Shown one piece after another: positions 24,705 to 38,262 of a stretch of 64,000 nucleotides of DNA. The first letter of the stretch is position 1. Each line of letters begins with the position of its first letter. Under the pieces are notes generated by a model. It saw only the letters and a list, made by a program, of their open reading frames with translations, did no database searches and was not told the origin of the DNA. A program made the position numbers and the translations under genes. Origin of the DNA: Fimbriosthenelais zetlandica (lineage: Eukaryota); contig OZ365118.1 of the NCBI GenBank assembly GCA_977030845.1, forward strand, positions 22,940,001-23,004,000, read 5' to 3'.

Positions 24705-26802
24705 GTGAGCACACGGGGTGGGGGAGAGATGCATGAAGTAAAAGACATGCATGGTTTACACCACGAGAACACAGAAATAATTATAACATGACAACTGATA
24801 CCCTGCCAGCGGGCGGCGAGAGGGGAAGGGAGGGGAGAGGGGAGGGGGAAAAGGGGGTATACGGGAGAAGAGAGAAGAGAGAAGAGCGAGGGAAATAGAG
24901 AAGGGAGAAAGAGAGTCGAACAAGTGAAGGAGGAAAAACTCCTACATGAAAAATTCCTTGATGAACCCATCTCAACTTTTTACCATTATATTAAACTGTA
25001 GGCTAAACCTTCACTGAAGATGAGGCCACTTGTAAAGTGCTTCTCTAACAATAGGCCCCCGCTTGTTAACTCACATTCCTTCTTTTCTATTGCCACATTT
25101 TTTTCAAATGTCATCTAAAATCTTCATGAAAGTCGTGGACACGGCACGGGACAATCACCTTTGATTTTCAAAAGTGTCCAAATTCAATTGACATCTTATG
25201 AAGAATGCGATACGGCGTTTAACAGAAGATGAAAAATGTCACAAATCCCCGGATGTTCAGCTGATGAGAACGCGGCGATGAGATGTCCTCAATGACCTTC
25301 AACTCAGAATGAGAACTTATTGAGGACGGTCTCTATCCTCTCTGTGTACAACACTCAGTTACTATACATCAGCAAGAATCAGCCCAAACGACAGTAACTT
25401 AGGTGAACTTCTATATCAGCAATAAGCAACAGAGGTAAAAATCAGCCAGAAGGACTTTATCCTCAGTAGATTTCAATATAAGCTTAGAGTAAAATGTCAT
25501 TTAAGATATGAGCAATAAACTATCTATAAGGTCTGGATGGCAATCGGAACATTGCATGAAAGTAGCCTGTAGTAGAAAGTAGTATAAGTGTTTTTGTTGT
25601 CGATACTTCTGTGTTTCTGACTGGAGTATAATATATAAATGGGTGGTGTGGGCTGTTGGGTGGCATGCCTGGTGGTCAGCAGTCAGTGACCACTGTCCAG
25701 CCTGATGACCATTGATACATGACCGGGCCAGGATCAAACAATGAGCAGGTATAATAACTCATCATGAGCTGCTCTATACGCCTCCTCCATCAACCTTCAT
25801 TAACTCAACTGCTCCTACAGGGTAGACGTGTGAGCTGGGGGTGGGTGGGGGGGGGGGGGGGGTTAGGGGTGAGGTGGGGGTTGGTGGGGTGAGGTGGTGA
25901 GGTGGGGGTTGGGGGGCAGTATCAACCAGGTTTATGATCTAAGCCATCATATAAAAGTCACACTGATTGACTCAGATCAGTTCTGTGATCAGATCTGTGA
26001 TCAGGTCTGTGATCTGGTCTGTGATCTGGTCTGATCAGGACCTGATCCTATAGTGATGGACCGACCACCGCCGACAAAACATGTGATATGTGTGGTCCAC
26101 GAGGTGTATAATGGATAAATACAGCACGTACATGCGATAACTACTACTGTGCTGCTAAATGCTTCAATACTGATGACAACCTGTAGAGATGTAAGCCTGT
26201 GTTAAGATGGTCATTGTAAAAAAACCTGGCTTTGTTAGCCTTGATACCTGACTCTAAAAACTACCCTGAAAAACGCGTGAGAAGGTGAGTGAAGGCGGGG
26301 GGGGGGGGGGGGGGGAGGGGGGGGGGATAAGGTGCACCTCTGTTTTATGACACAACACGCTGAGAATCATGGAGTGATTTCCACGGTGGATTACGAGCCA
26401 GAAGGCACGAGGTAATGTGGCGGACAATAACGGATATTAGTTTACAGTGCGTGCTACCAGGTACAGGGGGCGTGGTGGCCCCACCTGCCCCCACGCCCCG
26501 CCCCGCCCCACACCCCGCCCCGCCCCGCCCCGCCCCCGGGGCTGTACCACACTCAACACCTCTCAGGTGATGTTTAGCCCGGGGCCCCTCCACACATGGA
26601 CAAATTCAGCCATTCCATGCTAGCAATGAAGAGGCTTGTAATTATAGATGATGCCCGCCCAGGTTTATACCCGTCCAGGTGGGGGCATCCTAGGCCTGCA
26701 GACCTTCACTAATCATACAGCTAACATATGGTAATCATATAGGCCTAGCTAACATATGGTAATCTACCAACACAGAGGGGAACTACAGGTGCTCCACTCT
26801 CT

Positions 26803-26990
26803 CACAATGACTGCTCTGTCATTTTCTTCATCTTGGACCTTCTAAAGGCATTTGACAAAGCTGTGGTGAGATGGGTTGAGATGGGTGGGCTGTGGTGAGA
26901 TGGGTTGAGATGGGTGGGCTGTGGTGAGATGGGTTGAGATGGGGGGGCTGCACCAATCACTAACCACAACTCTCTATTCTTCACATCTGA
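26803..26990 (+). mobile_element. Possible fossil non-LTR retrotransposon RT fragment interrupted by a minisatellite
   Basis: The plus frame reads HNDCSVIFFILDLLKAFDKAV (DLxKAFD RT motif), followed by a 29-bp repeat and then NHNSLF. Very short match. Confidence 0.3.
26860..26941 (+). repeat. 29-bp minisatellite x~3
   Basis: GCTGTGGTGAGATGGGTTGAGATGGGTGG. Confidence 0.9.
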
Positions 26991-27887
26991 AAGACCTGTA
27001 TGATTATACTGAAAAACGTTTACCAGACATTCCTCAATTCATGTGTGATATACTTCTTCACGGGAGATGAAGTTTCCTACTTGCTTCAAGCAATAAAGAG
27101 CATGAAGTGACAGAAGATGTCTTGAAAACTAACCAGAATGGCTCGTAAATTTAAATGATAAAATGAAGTTCGTTCATTACTAAGTCTATCACAGGTTGTA
27201 AATTGTCCTGGTAATAGAGCAATAGATCATTTCTAGCTTAGAGAATATGGTTCCAGGCAGTCAGTCAATCAGTCAGTCAGTCAGTCAGTCAGTCAGTCAG
27301 TCAGTCAGTCAGGCAGGCAGGCAGACAGACAGCCTGGGACCTCATGTTGCATGTGAACAGACTGTCTTTTCAATATTACAGCCACTGTAACCAGACCCCC
27401 TCACCACACAAGACATTGGTAGCTTGATATTTTATAGAAATAAATCTGTAATAAGCAGAAGCCCAGGCGCCAGCTAGATGAGACGGGGAGAGGCATGCAG
27501 CTCAAAGATGGCGACGACAAGGTCGGAAGAGAGGTCGGGATGAGAGGCAGAGAGGCCAGGATGAGAGGCAGAGAGGCATGAGAGGCCTTCTATCTCGTAG
27601 TGTCTTATAGAGACTATGTGAGATACTGTAACATGGTGAGGTAATGAAGGCCGCCCATGTATAGGCCTACAGCTCCCACTCCCCTCACTACCATGACAAG
27701 GTCACAGGTCAAGGTCACATGATCTCTTTTTAATCTCCTTCTGTTACAAGCATTATGATCTCTGTACTGGCGTAGGGCTAGATGAGAGGAGGAGGGGAAG
27801 AGGAGGAGGGAGGGGGAGGAGGATGGGGGAGGGGGGGGGGAGGATGGGGGAGCGTACAGCTGACACCCGGGAGGAGAGCGTTTGATG

Positions 27888-27967
27888 TGACGTCATCATG
27901 ATGACGTAAGTGACGTGTATCCTTGACACCGTCATCACGTGCCGACCTCTCGCGTCATCACCGGAAG
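27888..27967. promoter_or_regulatory. CRE cluster with an 18-bp perfect palindrome
   Basis: TGACGTCA at 27888-27895; ACGTCATCATGATGACGT at 27890-27907; further TGACGT half-sites and CCGGAAG. Confidence 0.4.
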
Positions 27968-28128
27968 CGCGTCTACCTCACTTGTCTCTCTGCCTTGTCT
28001 TAAGAGAAGGCGAGGTAGAAATCAAGGCTTCATGTAGAAGTGTGGAAGATCTCCTATAGACAAACTGTTAATACAGTTTACAGTGATATCAGCAGACATT
28101 AATATCTCAGTACAGTGTTTTAATGGTG

Positions 28129-28552
28129 TAGTAAAACCTCTCCTGGCTGAGGTATAATAATACATGTCCCACTATAGTAAGTCATACATCCACCTATATA
28201 CAGTAAAACCTCTCCTGGCTGGGGTATAATAATACATGTCCCACTATAGTAAGTCATACACCTTTATACAGTAAAACCTCTCCTGGCTGGGGTATAATAA
28301 TACATGTCCCACTATAGTAAGTCATACATCCACCTATATACAGTAAAACCTCTCCTGGCTGGGGTATAATAATACATGTCCCACTATAGTAAGTCATACA
28401 CCTTTATACAGTAAAACCTCTCCTGGCTGGGGTATAATAATACATGTCCCACTATAGTAAGTCATACATCCCCCTATATACAGTAAAACCTCTCCTGGCT
28501 GGGGTATAATAATACATGTCCCACTATAGTAAGTCATACATCCACCTATATA
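28129..28552 (+). repeat. Minisatellite of 72- and 68-bp units (6 units, 140-bp higher-order period)
   Basis: A shared 60-bp core CAGTAAAACCTCTCC...GTCATACA followed by TCCACCTATATA or CCTTTATA; unit order 72-68-72-68-72-72. Confidence 0.95.
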
Positions 28553-30001
28553 TATGGTACCTTTGCGTGTCTTCCACACACCCTTCATACCGTATCGATT
28601 GCCGATCTTCATTTCTTCATATTGCCTTTATATGACGACATGCCACAAAGACTAAAGTAAGAAGAAATGTTAGACTTTAATTAGCCTACTTGTTGCTGCA
28701 CCCCCGGCCGCCATCTTGGCGGGGTAAATTCGTGCAGTAATCACCAAGTGTTTAGGCATGAATGGAGAGTGGTTATTTGCATGTTTTGACCTGGGTGGCA
28801 TATGTAGAAACCTTGCCAGCGGCAACTATATATGTAACGATCATTGCCAAGTGATACTGGAAGGTGGAGGGGAAGGGTAGAGGGGAAGGTAGAGGGGAAG
28901 GGTAGGGGGGAAGGTATATATAGAGGGGAAGGTAGAGGAGGACAGATTCATGTGATAAGAAGCAAGCTCCACTCCCCTGTACCACTACGTCCTACTGGGG
29001 AATATTAGAGAGAAAGACAACAGAAGTAAAGCCTAATGCTATTGTCACAATCCGCCATTGTCATGGTAATGTGTGACGTCATCCGTGCTGTAACCAAGTA
29101 ACCATGACGTGTGTGGCGTTCAGGTTCTGACTTCACGTCGCCCACCAGGTGAACCATAGCACGCCTGGTCCACCAGGGGGAGCCCCCCAGTCCACCAGGG
29201 GCAGCACCAGTCCCGCCTTTAATTCTACACTTGTGTGTGTCTCATCATTAGCTTTAATTATATCCATCCTCAGGGACGGTCGACTTGGTCCAAGCTCGTC
29301 ATCGATTGTGACAAGTGTTTCAGTGTGGATGGTCGGTGAGAGTGGTATCATGAGATTAAACCAGTCTTGATCCACCAGGAGACACAATAAACTACCTGTG
29401 AAAAGGTACAGGCCTCGTCAAAGTGCATGATTCAACCACAAACACTGAGATAGAACATTGAGCTGAGGTGGATATAGGGGCAGATAGTGAGAAGTTACCT
29501 TACATGGGGGAGGGTGGGGGAGGGTGGTGGCGGATGGGGGAGGCAGGGAGATGCAGGGAGAGGCAGGGGGGGGGGGGGGGGGGCTGAGAGAGGCTGGTGA
29601 AGGCTGGTGAAGGCTGGCGTGGGACGATGAGGGGAAGGACCTGCATGACTAATCAACTAGAGGCGGAGATTGGACTGAGAGGATCTAAAAAAAAAGCAGC
29701 GCTACTTTTTGATGATGTGAGAGGAGTGGAAAAGTAGTGGAGGAGTGGTCCGGAAATCAGGCGGCGAGACGCCTCAACGGCGAGGCCAGATCTCCTACAC
29801 AGGGGGTGGGGGGTGGGGGGTGGGGGGTGGGGGGGGGGGTGAAGGTAGGGGAGGCAGAGAAGTGTGAGCCACGTACATTCACCTTCACCGTAAATAGATC
29901 AAAGTGCTTTTGTTTTGCTCGTCTTAGATGACTGCTTTAGATCGCCTCTAACCGCTGTCATTAATGCCGCTTGATTGCTTCAGCTAATTAGTCTGCCCCG
30001 A

Positions 30002-30230
30002 GCTGACACCAACATGGCTGACACCAACATGGCTGACACCAACATGGCTGACACCAACATGGCTGACACCAACATGGCTGACACCAACATGGCTGACACC
30101 AACATGGCTGACACCAACATGGCTGACACCAACATGGCTGACACCAACATGGCTGACACCAACATGGCTGACACCAACATGGCTGACACCAACATGGCTG
30201 ACACCAACATGGCTGACACCAACATGGCTG
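30002..30230 (+). repeat. Perfect 15-bp tandem repeat x15
   Basis: GCTGACACCAACATG; the tandem junction creates CAACATGGCTG. Confidence 0.97.
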
Positions 30231-33200
30231 CCTGGTTCTCTACATCAAGTACCACCTCCACATAAGGTGAATGAACGCCCGGGCGGGGGAGCCACTCAAA
30301 CAAGGCTTATGTTACATTCAAAATACCTCAAATATCTGGTATTAAAACAGCAGACTTTAATTAATAAACAGCAGTTTGATATGAAGGAAAGGTTCAGTGA
30401 CTGAGTTAGTTTAAGGTGGGCAATTAGCTCTCATTGTGGAGGTTCAGATTATTGAGTCTCAGATTGTGGACTTTTAGTATAGTACCAGATCATTGTAGAC
30501 TTTCACATCACTGAGTCTCTCCTCTCTACAGGTGTGGGGCCGGGCGGTTATTGACCGTCAGGTACTGGCTTCATGAAGAGGAAGCTGGGGAAGAGGAGGA
30601 GGGGGAGGGGGAGAAGTGGGAGGAGGAAGCCGGGAGGAGATTATTCATAAGGCATCATGTGAACAAGAATAATGATCCAACATTGATGGCACAGACAACG
30701 CCATGAAGAGGCATGGAAACAAGGTGATGGTAGAGGTGGGTGGGTAGGGGTATAGGGGCTGGCAGGGGGATGGGGCTGAAGCTGGGGGCTGTGGGCTGGG
30801 GGCAGGGGAAGAATGAGGGGGTGGGGGGCAGTGGTTTTCTGACTGAAGTGAGCATACTGTAAAAACTCCCCGGTGGCTGCATCTGACCAACTCTTCATTC
30901 AATCAAATTAAAAACATCTCCTTTCTTCAGGCGTAGGTTAAAAATGCGCCTCATCTGACCAGAATTGAGGCGCGTTTTTAGTGCCTCCATTAACAGTGGG
31001 GCTGGGCATTGGGCCGTGAGCCTTAAAACACAGGACCCGACTCTCATAGAGGCGCATTCCCCCACTCATAGAGGCGCATCCCCCCAGCCATAGAGGCTCA
31101 TTCCCCCACACTCCACCGGTCCGCCAATCTCTGTGGTTTCATTATGATTTTTGAATTATTCGCACCATGCTGTTTGTTACATTGAAACATGGCCCAGTGT
31201 GCCTTTAGGAGCCAGGTCGACCACCAGGTGGTTCTACGACCTCCAGCTGGCCAATCACAATGCAGGGATTTTAGTTACAGTACATCCCGCTGAGTGGCGT
31301 CCTACGGTGGGACGCAATGTAAAAAATAACCGTCTGTAATTAGGCTGGAATTGTGAGCGGGATGCGGCATTTAAACCGTGAATCAGACCTCCATTAAACT
31401 CCAGCTCTGGTCTGATTCGCCCTCGTTGTGCTGTAAATCGGTCTGAACTGCTAACAGTTTGAGGGAATGATAAAGAAGCTGCCGAGGCCGACATGGCTTC
31501 ATGTTCCACCGCCTGGATTAACTCCTGTAACTCTGATGAAAGACAAGTAAATCAAACCTCAAACAATAACATGTTACTGTGTGAAGGTAAAACGTTACCA
31601 TGTCAACGACGTGTAGCCATGGCAACATGACATAGTGAGCGCTTCATCACAGTGAACATTAGCTTCCATTAGATGTTAATAGAAACACTCTCAACAACTC
31701 CAGGCTCTGAGACTCCCCCAGCTCAGCTGTCACTGTCAACACTCGGAGACCCCCAGCTCAACCTGCTGTCACTGTCAACAATCCGAGTCAACCTACTGTC
31801 ACTGTCAACTCTCTGACAGTTAAACTCAACACAACAGACACTGGTCTTTGTGCTGAAGATACTGACTAGAAGTCACTGGTCGCTATAGGGAAACATCCAG
31901 AGTTGCTGAACATAACAAAACTGGTCTTTACAGGGAACACTCAGAGATACTGAATGTACTACAGAGTAACATGTATCAAGAATTGAATCAGAATTCAGAC
32001 CAACTGTTTACCATAGCTAGACAAAGCCTATGTGAGAATGTATGGATTGTGTAAGGATGAAGCCACTGTCCAGTGGCGGGTATAGACATGGCGGACCTCA
32101 ATCAGCCTGGCACCCAAAACACATGGTGTGATATAAAGTAATTAAGAGAGTTGAGACAGTAGATGGAGGGAGAGATGGATGTCTGCCCGTCACGCCAACA
32201 GACAAGATGCTACAGGCTGGTACTGGATATATATACTGGTCAATGTACTCAATAACATCTACACACCAAGTCAGGTCCGACCATAGCTTCCACACTGAAC
32301 CAGGCTCAGCCATAGCTTCCGCATCTCACCACTGTTGTCAAGTCATTTTACTTGATAGTTGAAAAGAGGAAGAAGTAATAAGTTACACTGCTCATGTAAT
32401 GGGCCATGGCAAGCTCTTTTGGATTTTACTTCCATTTGTGTATCATGGTTTAAGCATCTCACCACCGACTTCCCTCATCTCAGTTAATAATCAACCAGTG
32501 TATAACCCTCTAAGCCTATATCCAGCACTACACTCAGCCAAGGTCGTGGATAGAAGGTTTGCCTCTGTAATGTGAGTCAGCTGCCATGACAATGGTGGAA
32601 GAAAGAAGCATGAAGTGGAAATGTTGCTTCTAGATGCTCACAATGGCCTTCAACACAATTCAAGGCTGAATTTTACCATTAGATCATAGAGAATGGTCCA
32701 TGGAGCTGGAGCCCTAAGGCCCTGGACACCCCCCACCCCCACCCACACCCACCCCCGCCCCCCAGGCCACCACCCAAGCTGCCAAAACCAGGATGATGGA
32801 TGAGTGGTGAATATAAGAGCTCCAATCAAATTGTAGAAGCTGTGGATTCCCACCAATGCCGTCTAAGAATAGCTGTCCATACCGCCACAATAATACAGCG
32901 AGAGGGGCTGAGAGGACGAAAAGATATCAAAAATATAGGCACACAGTAGTAACACAGGGGGGGGGGGGCGGGAGTTGTAATATTATAATATACAAGCTTG
33001 TAACAGTACCTTCAGGTCAACGACCTTTACCATGTCCAGCAGGGACTGACTGACCGTAAACAGTAGTACGGTAATATTCCCATATCACACTCATATCATA
33101 TATCAGTATTCACACCATATATACATGGATCAGGCGATCAGGGCATCTCTAGATCAACTATAGGTACTACATTAACTACTAGTAATACTATACATGTTCA

Positions 33201-33614
33201 CTTATCATTCAGTCGGGAGGAGCTTCCCTCCATGGCGTTCTAATTTTGGAAGCCACTTGAATTTTATGAGTCAAGATGGAAGCCACTTGATTAATTTTGA
33301 AGCCACAATGCTGCAGCAATTGGTGAAAGTGAGAGATTGATTTTATAGAAAGTGTTCTGGGATGTCTATGTGAGCCAGGCATTTCATGGCTAGTACAGAC
33401 TATAGCACCCACCTCTGTTATTTCTCTATAATTGTATACGTTTTATTGACCTGGTCATAACGCCCGGCTATAAACATAGTGGTTACATTGACGTTAACAT
33501 CCAACAAACATCAAAACCTGCACTCACACTATAATAAAATACACAGCAAATAGAAAAATAGATAAAATAGTGCATGAAGTGGGCGGTAAAGGTGGAGGTG
33601 GTAGAGTGATATAG

Positions 33615-33732
33615 TGAGCTGGTATTGTGAGCTGGTATTGTGAGCTGGTATTGTGAGCTGGTATTGTGAGCTGGTATTGTGAGCTGGTATTGTGAGCTGG
33701 TATTGTGAGCTGGTATTGTGAGCTGGTATTGT
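33615..33732 (+). repeat. 13-bp tandem repeat x9
   Basis: TGAGCTGGTATTG. Confidence 0.95.
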
Positions 33733-36700
33733 TAGCTGCCTCAGAATACAGTCAGGAGAATACAGCAGGAACGGTCAGTAATCCTGAAGACCTCTATAGG
33801 AATGGTGGAGTAAAGGCGGCCAGCTGGGTAAAGGCGGCCAGATTTATCTGTCAGACTTTTGAATGAAGGCCTACATTGTGGTTTCTCCCTGGTGGAATCA
33901 CCAATTGACACAAGCTTTGGTCGCCAATCCGCCGTGCCGTGAATGGGCCTGCCATGCGCCCTCTCACAACCTTATCCAATCTGTTTCCCAAGCCAACCAG
34001 CGCCCATAAAAACTACCTGTTGCCAACTTCTCCACCGGAGCAAACATAATATGATTGGTCAGTGGCATTATGCCTTTTGTTTTTTACGGCTATTTGTGAT
34101 AAGATCTTAATGAAGTTTTTGGTCAGCATGACCCGGGACGTCAATATGTGATATGGTGAAGTCATTCACGCGGAAATGCCTTCAAGACCTCTGACATGCG
34201 CACTCACTGCCTCACTCATTCAACTTCCGGTCTTGTAGGGAGCTGGGGGTGGGGATGGGGATGGGGATGGGATGGGGGTTGGGGTGGGGGTGACCCTTGG
34301 TATTGGACGGGAGTAGTAGAAGTAGCGTCTTTGTTGGAGGGTTTCACAAACCTGGGCTCTGCTCGCTATTTCATCACAGTCCTGAGTTGGTGGCGAGCTA
34401 ACCCATTTAGAGGAGACATTGAGGAGCAATTGAGAGCAGTTCCCAACAGCCAGGCGAGTCTATGGCTGAGTGTATGCGGGGGGTAGGGTGAGGGAGGGTG
34501 AATGGGGAAGGGGAAGGGTGAGGGATGGGGTGAATGGGGAAGGGGAAGGGTGAGGGATGGGGTGAGGGAAACACTTTAAACATAGTCCTGTGTAACACAG
34601 GGTCAAATACAGGACTGAACTAAAACCAACCTTAACTACATGTCCCCTAAGATTATCCTCCAGAAAACTGATGGTAATTTTCATGTTGATAACCGTACGA
34701 ATGTGTTTTTCCATGAGAATTGATTGGCAGCCTTTAATAATGCACGTACCACCTGTACCAACAGTACCACAAAAATGGCCGCCAACTGTCGGTGAAATCC
34801 TGAAAACTTCAACAGAAAATTATCTGGGAAAATGAGGCCATGTCAGCTTGTGCCTTTTTCACTGTCGCTATTGCATTTCTATTTAATAATGTTTAAAATT
34901 AATGCAAATCCTTACGGACGAAAGATGACAAAAAGAGGCAGTTAAATGACAGTGAAAGGCTGTGAATGTGAATGGTGAAATACAGTGTAAAAACGGCGCG
35001 TATTGACAGCACAGTGACAGCGGGAGGCCACTTTTTCACTGTCACTAGATTGGCTCCACATTTCATTTAATAACAACCACGCCACCTGTGGGGCCAGCAA
35101 ATTTCTTGAGGCAACATTTGGCTGGACAAATTGGCTGGAAAAAGTGGCTTAGAAACTGTTGTTTGTTTTCTAAAATGTTCAACTCGGGTCTCCATTCAGC
35201 AGGGCTGTACTGATGGAGGACCGAAACAAAACTAATCCTCCAAACTTTACACCGAAAAAAACGGTTAATTCGATTCAAATTTCCAGCCGGATCGTAGCGA
35301 GCCATTTCTGAATTTGATTTTTGAAATGTGCTTTGCATTTTGATGTAAGCTGACGACTTGGGGATAATTGGCAGGAAACTCGGCACAAAACAAACGAGTG
35401 TTTTATGGCGGAGTGTGCGTGGTCCGCTTCTTTTGTCAACGTCAGGAAAAACACAAGTTATCTTTTAAAGCTGTTAAAACGAGGAAAAGGGGGAGAAAAA
35501 GGTCAGGAGGGGAGAACAACATGAGGCAGGGGGGAAAAACAGGGGGAGGTAGGGGTAAAACATGGGGGAGGAGGGTAAAAAACAGGGGGAGGCTCATCAA
35601 AACACGACTCAGTCACAAGCTACTTCATGATTAACCATTAAACCAAGATTAACCAATTAGCCATCATTAATATCACCTCTAGTGGTTACATTTATGTCCT
35701 CTCTGACTGCTGTATTAACAACTGTATAAAGATCAGTTGTAGAGTTTGTCCTGCAGTATAATCATTGCTGTTGCTTCAGTTTGTGGTCAGACTATGAGGT
35801 AAAGGAGCATTCACTGCTATAAGTGGCTCAGGTATAAGGTAGGGTTGAGGGATAGAGAGGTGGGAGGGGTTGGGGGGTGTGGACCGTGGAGGATCAGGAC
35901 CAGGTGAGTGTATATAATGACAGGTGTCGGTGATACATGTAGAGGGTCAAATAACCATGGTAACCATGGTAATGAGAGGATCCTAGTGACGATCCTGGTA
36001 CAACTATCACTATCACCTGGTACCCCCATCACTATCTCCCCATCACCTGGTACCCCCATCACTATCTCCCCATCACCAGACATGGCTGGCTGCCGGTCCC
36101 AGGTTAACTACTACCTCAACTCAATGTGTGCGGCGAGCTGCCAGCTTTATTGAAAATTATAGAGGTTTCCCCTGAGAAATGGACAGATTCAGTTAATATA
36201 TCCCTGAACTGACTTTAACCTTCAGAATGAAGCTAATCAACAGTAGAATCAGTCAGTATTCACCACGACTGGCCTCCTGGAAACCTTGACCAGGGCCTTT
36301 TATAGTGTGTTCTTTTCACTGCTCTGTGAATAAAGCGTTGCTCACTTTAGTTGAGGGAGTCATGTCGGGGGTGATTTTTCTGCATGTTTGCACCTATTGT
36401 TATAGACTGTTATAGCCTGATGCTATCTATACATACTATACCCGTCACTGTACGGTCTGATGATGTTGGGGGGTGGGGGGGAGGGGGGGGGGGTATCAGC
36501 CCCCCCCCACCCCACCCCCCCCGTCACCTCCACTTTAAGTATGTGTGTAGATATAATTGGTGTTGACCTCCACACAATACTGAGATCACACGCCGATAAT
36601 AGCCTCCCTTCTCAATGCCGCAAACATTGAAATATTTGTACAGGTAAATTTTAACACCTGAGATCGGTTTTGAAACTTGAGTTAATTTCTTATGAACAGA

Positions 36701-37486
36701 ATCAACTCTGACATTTCCCCGCCTTCTCAGATGACCATACGGGTGTGAAATATTAAAGATGCATATTACAGGGGTTTAAATTTCATTAAATGATTTAATT
36801 TTAAGTGTAAAGTAAACATGTGGGTGTATGTGTATGTATGTGGGTGTATGTGAGCTGTGACTGGGATCAGGGGGTATAGGTGTGAAGAATGGAGTATTAA
36901 TTTACAGATCCTCACTAAATCTGATCCCCCACCTGAAACATGAAGCCCGCACACTGATCTAATTTATTATCCCCGGCCTCCACCCGTTTGTTCAAGTTGA
37001 AAGTAGCCCAACAATCCCCATGTGGTTTCACAGCCTCGGTCGGCGGCCCCGGTCCGCCAGAACCCGGGCTAACTCTGATCATCTGGGGGGCTGGAGGGGG
37101 ACAAGAAGAGGCTAAAATTGGACCCGGTCCGCGGGGGAATTGTGACTAAGAAAGAATCTGATTGTAATTTGCTCGACCTAAAAAGGATTCTCATTGGATT
37201 AAATTCTGGCTGGAGATATGGTTAGAGGCAATGAAAGGAAGAGGAGAGGATGAAAAGCCGATGATTGGTGGGGAAAACAGGAGGAAAGTCTCCACATGTA
37301 AACAGTTTTATCTACAGTCATTCTTACATCTGAACTTCTTATAACATCACCTGTAGCCATGTCAGATTCTCAAACTTTATGTTTGTCTGTTTCGCCAACT
37401 TGTGCCAGTCCTTGTACTGTTTAACTAGGCTATATCTCGATCTGTTTCTCTACCAGTCGCCCTTTCTATCTCTCTCTCTCTCTCTT

Positions 37487-37622
37487 TATCAGGGTGGGCT
37501 ATTTCCCTGTCTGTCTCTATCTATCAGGGTGGGCTATTTCCCTGTCTCTCTCTATCTATCAGGGTGGGCTATTTCCCTGTCTCTCTATGTCTATCAGGGT
37601 GGGCTATTTCCCTGTCTCTCTC
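37487..37622 (+). repeat. ~33-35-bp repeat x4
   Basis: TATCAGGGTGGGCTATTTCCCTGTCTCTC... Confidence 0.85.
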
Positions 37623-38097
37623 TCAGTTTGTTTCTAATACCTTAATGGCGTGGACTCTTCAGTCCGCTGCACCCATCACCTCAAACTTGATGCTCACATT
37701 CACCAAGTAAACCAAGTAAAGGCGACCTACAGTTTATCCTCTCACTATCACCTGGCCCCCTGTACGGGAGCTGTACGGGGGGGGGGGGGGGGGCACCATG
37801 AGCTGTACGGGGGCACCAGGAGCTGCTCATGAGATTCAATTTTCACTGTAAGTTGAGTTAGTAGTGGCGGAGTGCTCATCACCACCAGTTCCTCAATTGA
37901 TGGTCCAGCTTCCAATTTCTTTAAGGCAGTGCCAGGCTCGCCAGGCTTTCCAGGCTCGCCAGTAAACTCAATTGAACTTGTACAAGTGTTGGTTGGGGGG
38001 GCAGGGAGTGTGGGATTGATCGGCGGGTAGTAAGCCTATTTCCGGGCGGGGTGGGGACGCGGTCTGTGATTGTGCTCATCACTAATTACAAATTCCC

Positions 38098-38262
38098 ACT
38101 CACACCGGAAGTGAGCCTCACTCTCACTCACTCCCGTCCGCGTGACTGGCGACGAGAGTGTGCGAGACTGGCGCGAGATTTGTCTCAATCCTTTTATAAA
38201 CGCTGTAAGGGGCGGGGGGCGGGGGGCGGGGGGCGGGGGCGGGGTGAGCGGATGTCACGTGA
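38098..38262 (-). promoter_or_regulatory. Candidate TATA/Inr promoter on the protocadherin sense strand
   Basis: On the minus strand: E-box TCACGTGA (38255-38262), GC-box run (38209-38244), TATAAAAG (38191-38198), Inr-like CCAGTC with its A at 38169 (29 nt from the first T of TATA), GTGAGT donors at 38131 and 38103, and ETS CCGGAAGT (38105-38112, + strand). Confidence 0.45.

Noticed and set aside
29133-29387. 84-aa minus-strand ORF behind a TTTTCACAG acceptor
   Set aside because: Open only in phase 1 (incompatible with the Pcdh donor), no recognisable motif, and it overlaps CCACCAGG motif repeats.
29975-30303. (ADTNM)n and (LVSAM)n ORFs
   Set aside because: Translations of the perfect 15-bp repeat; no synonymous variation or splice context.
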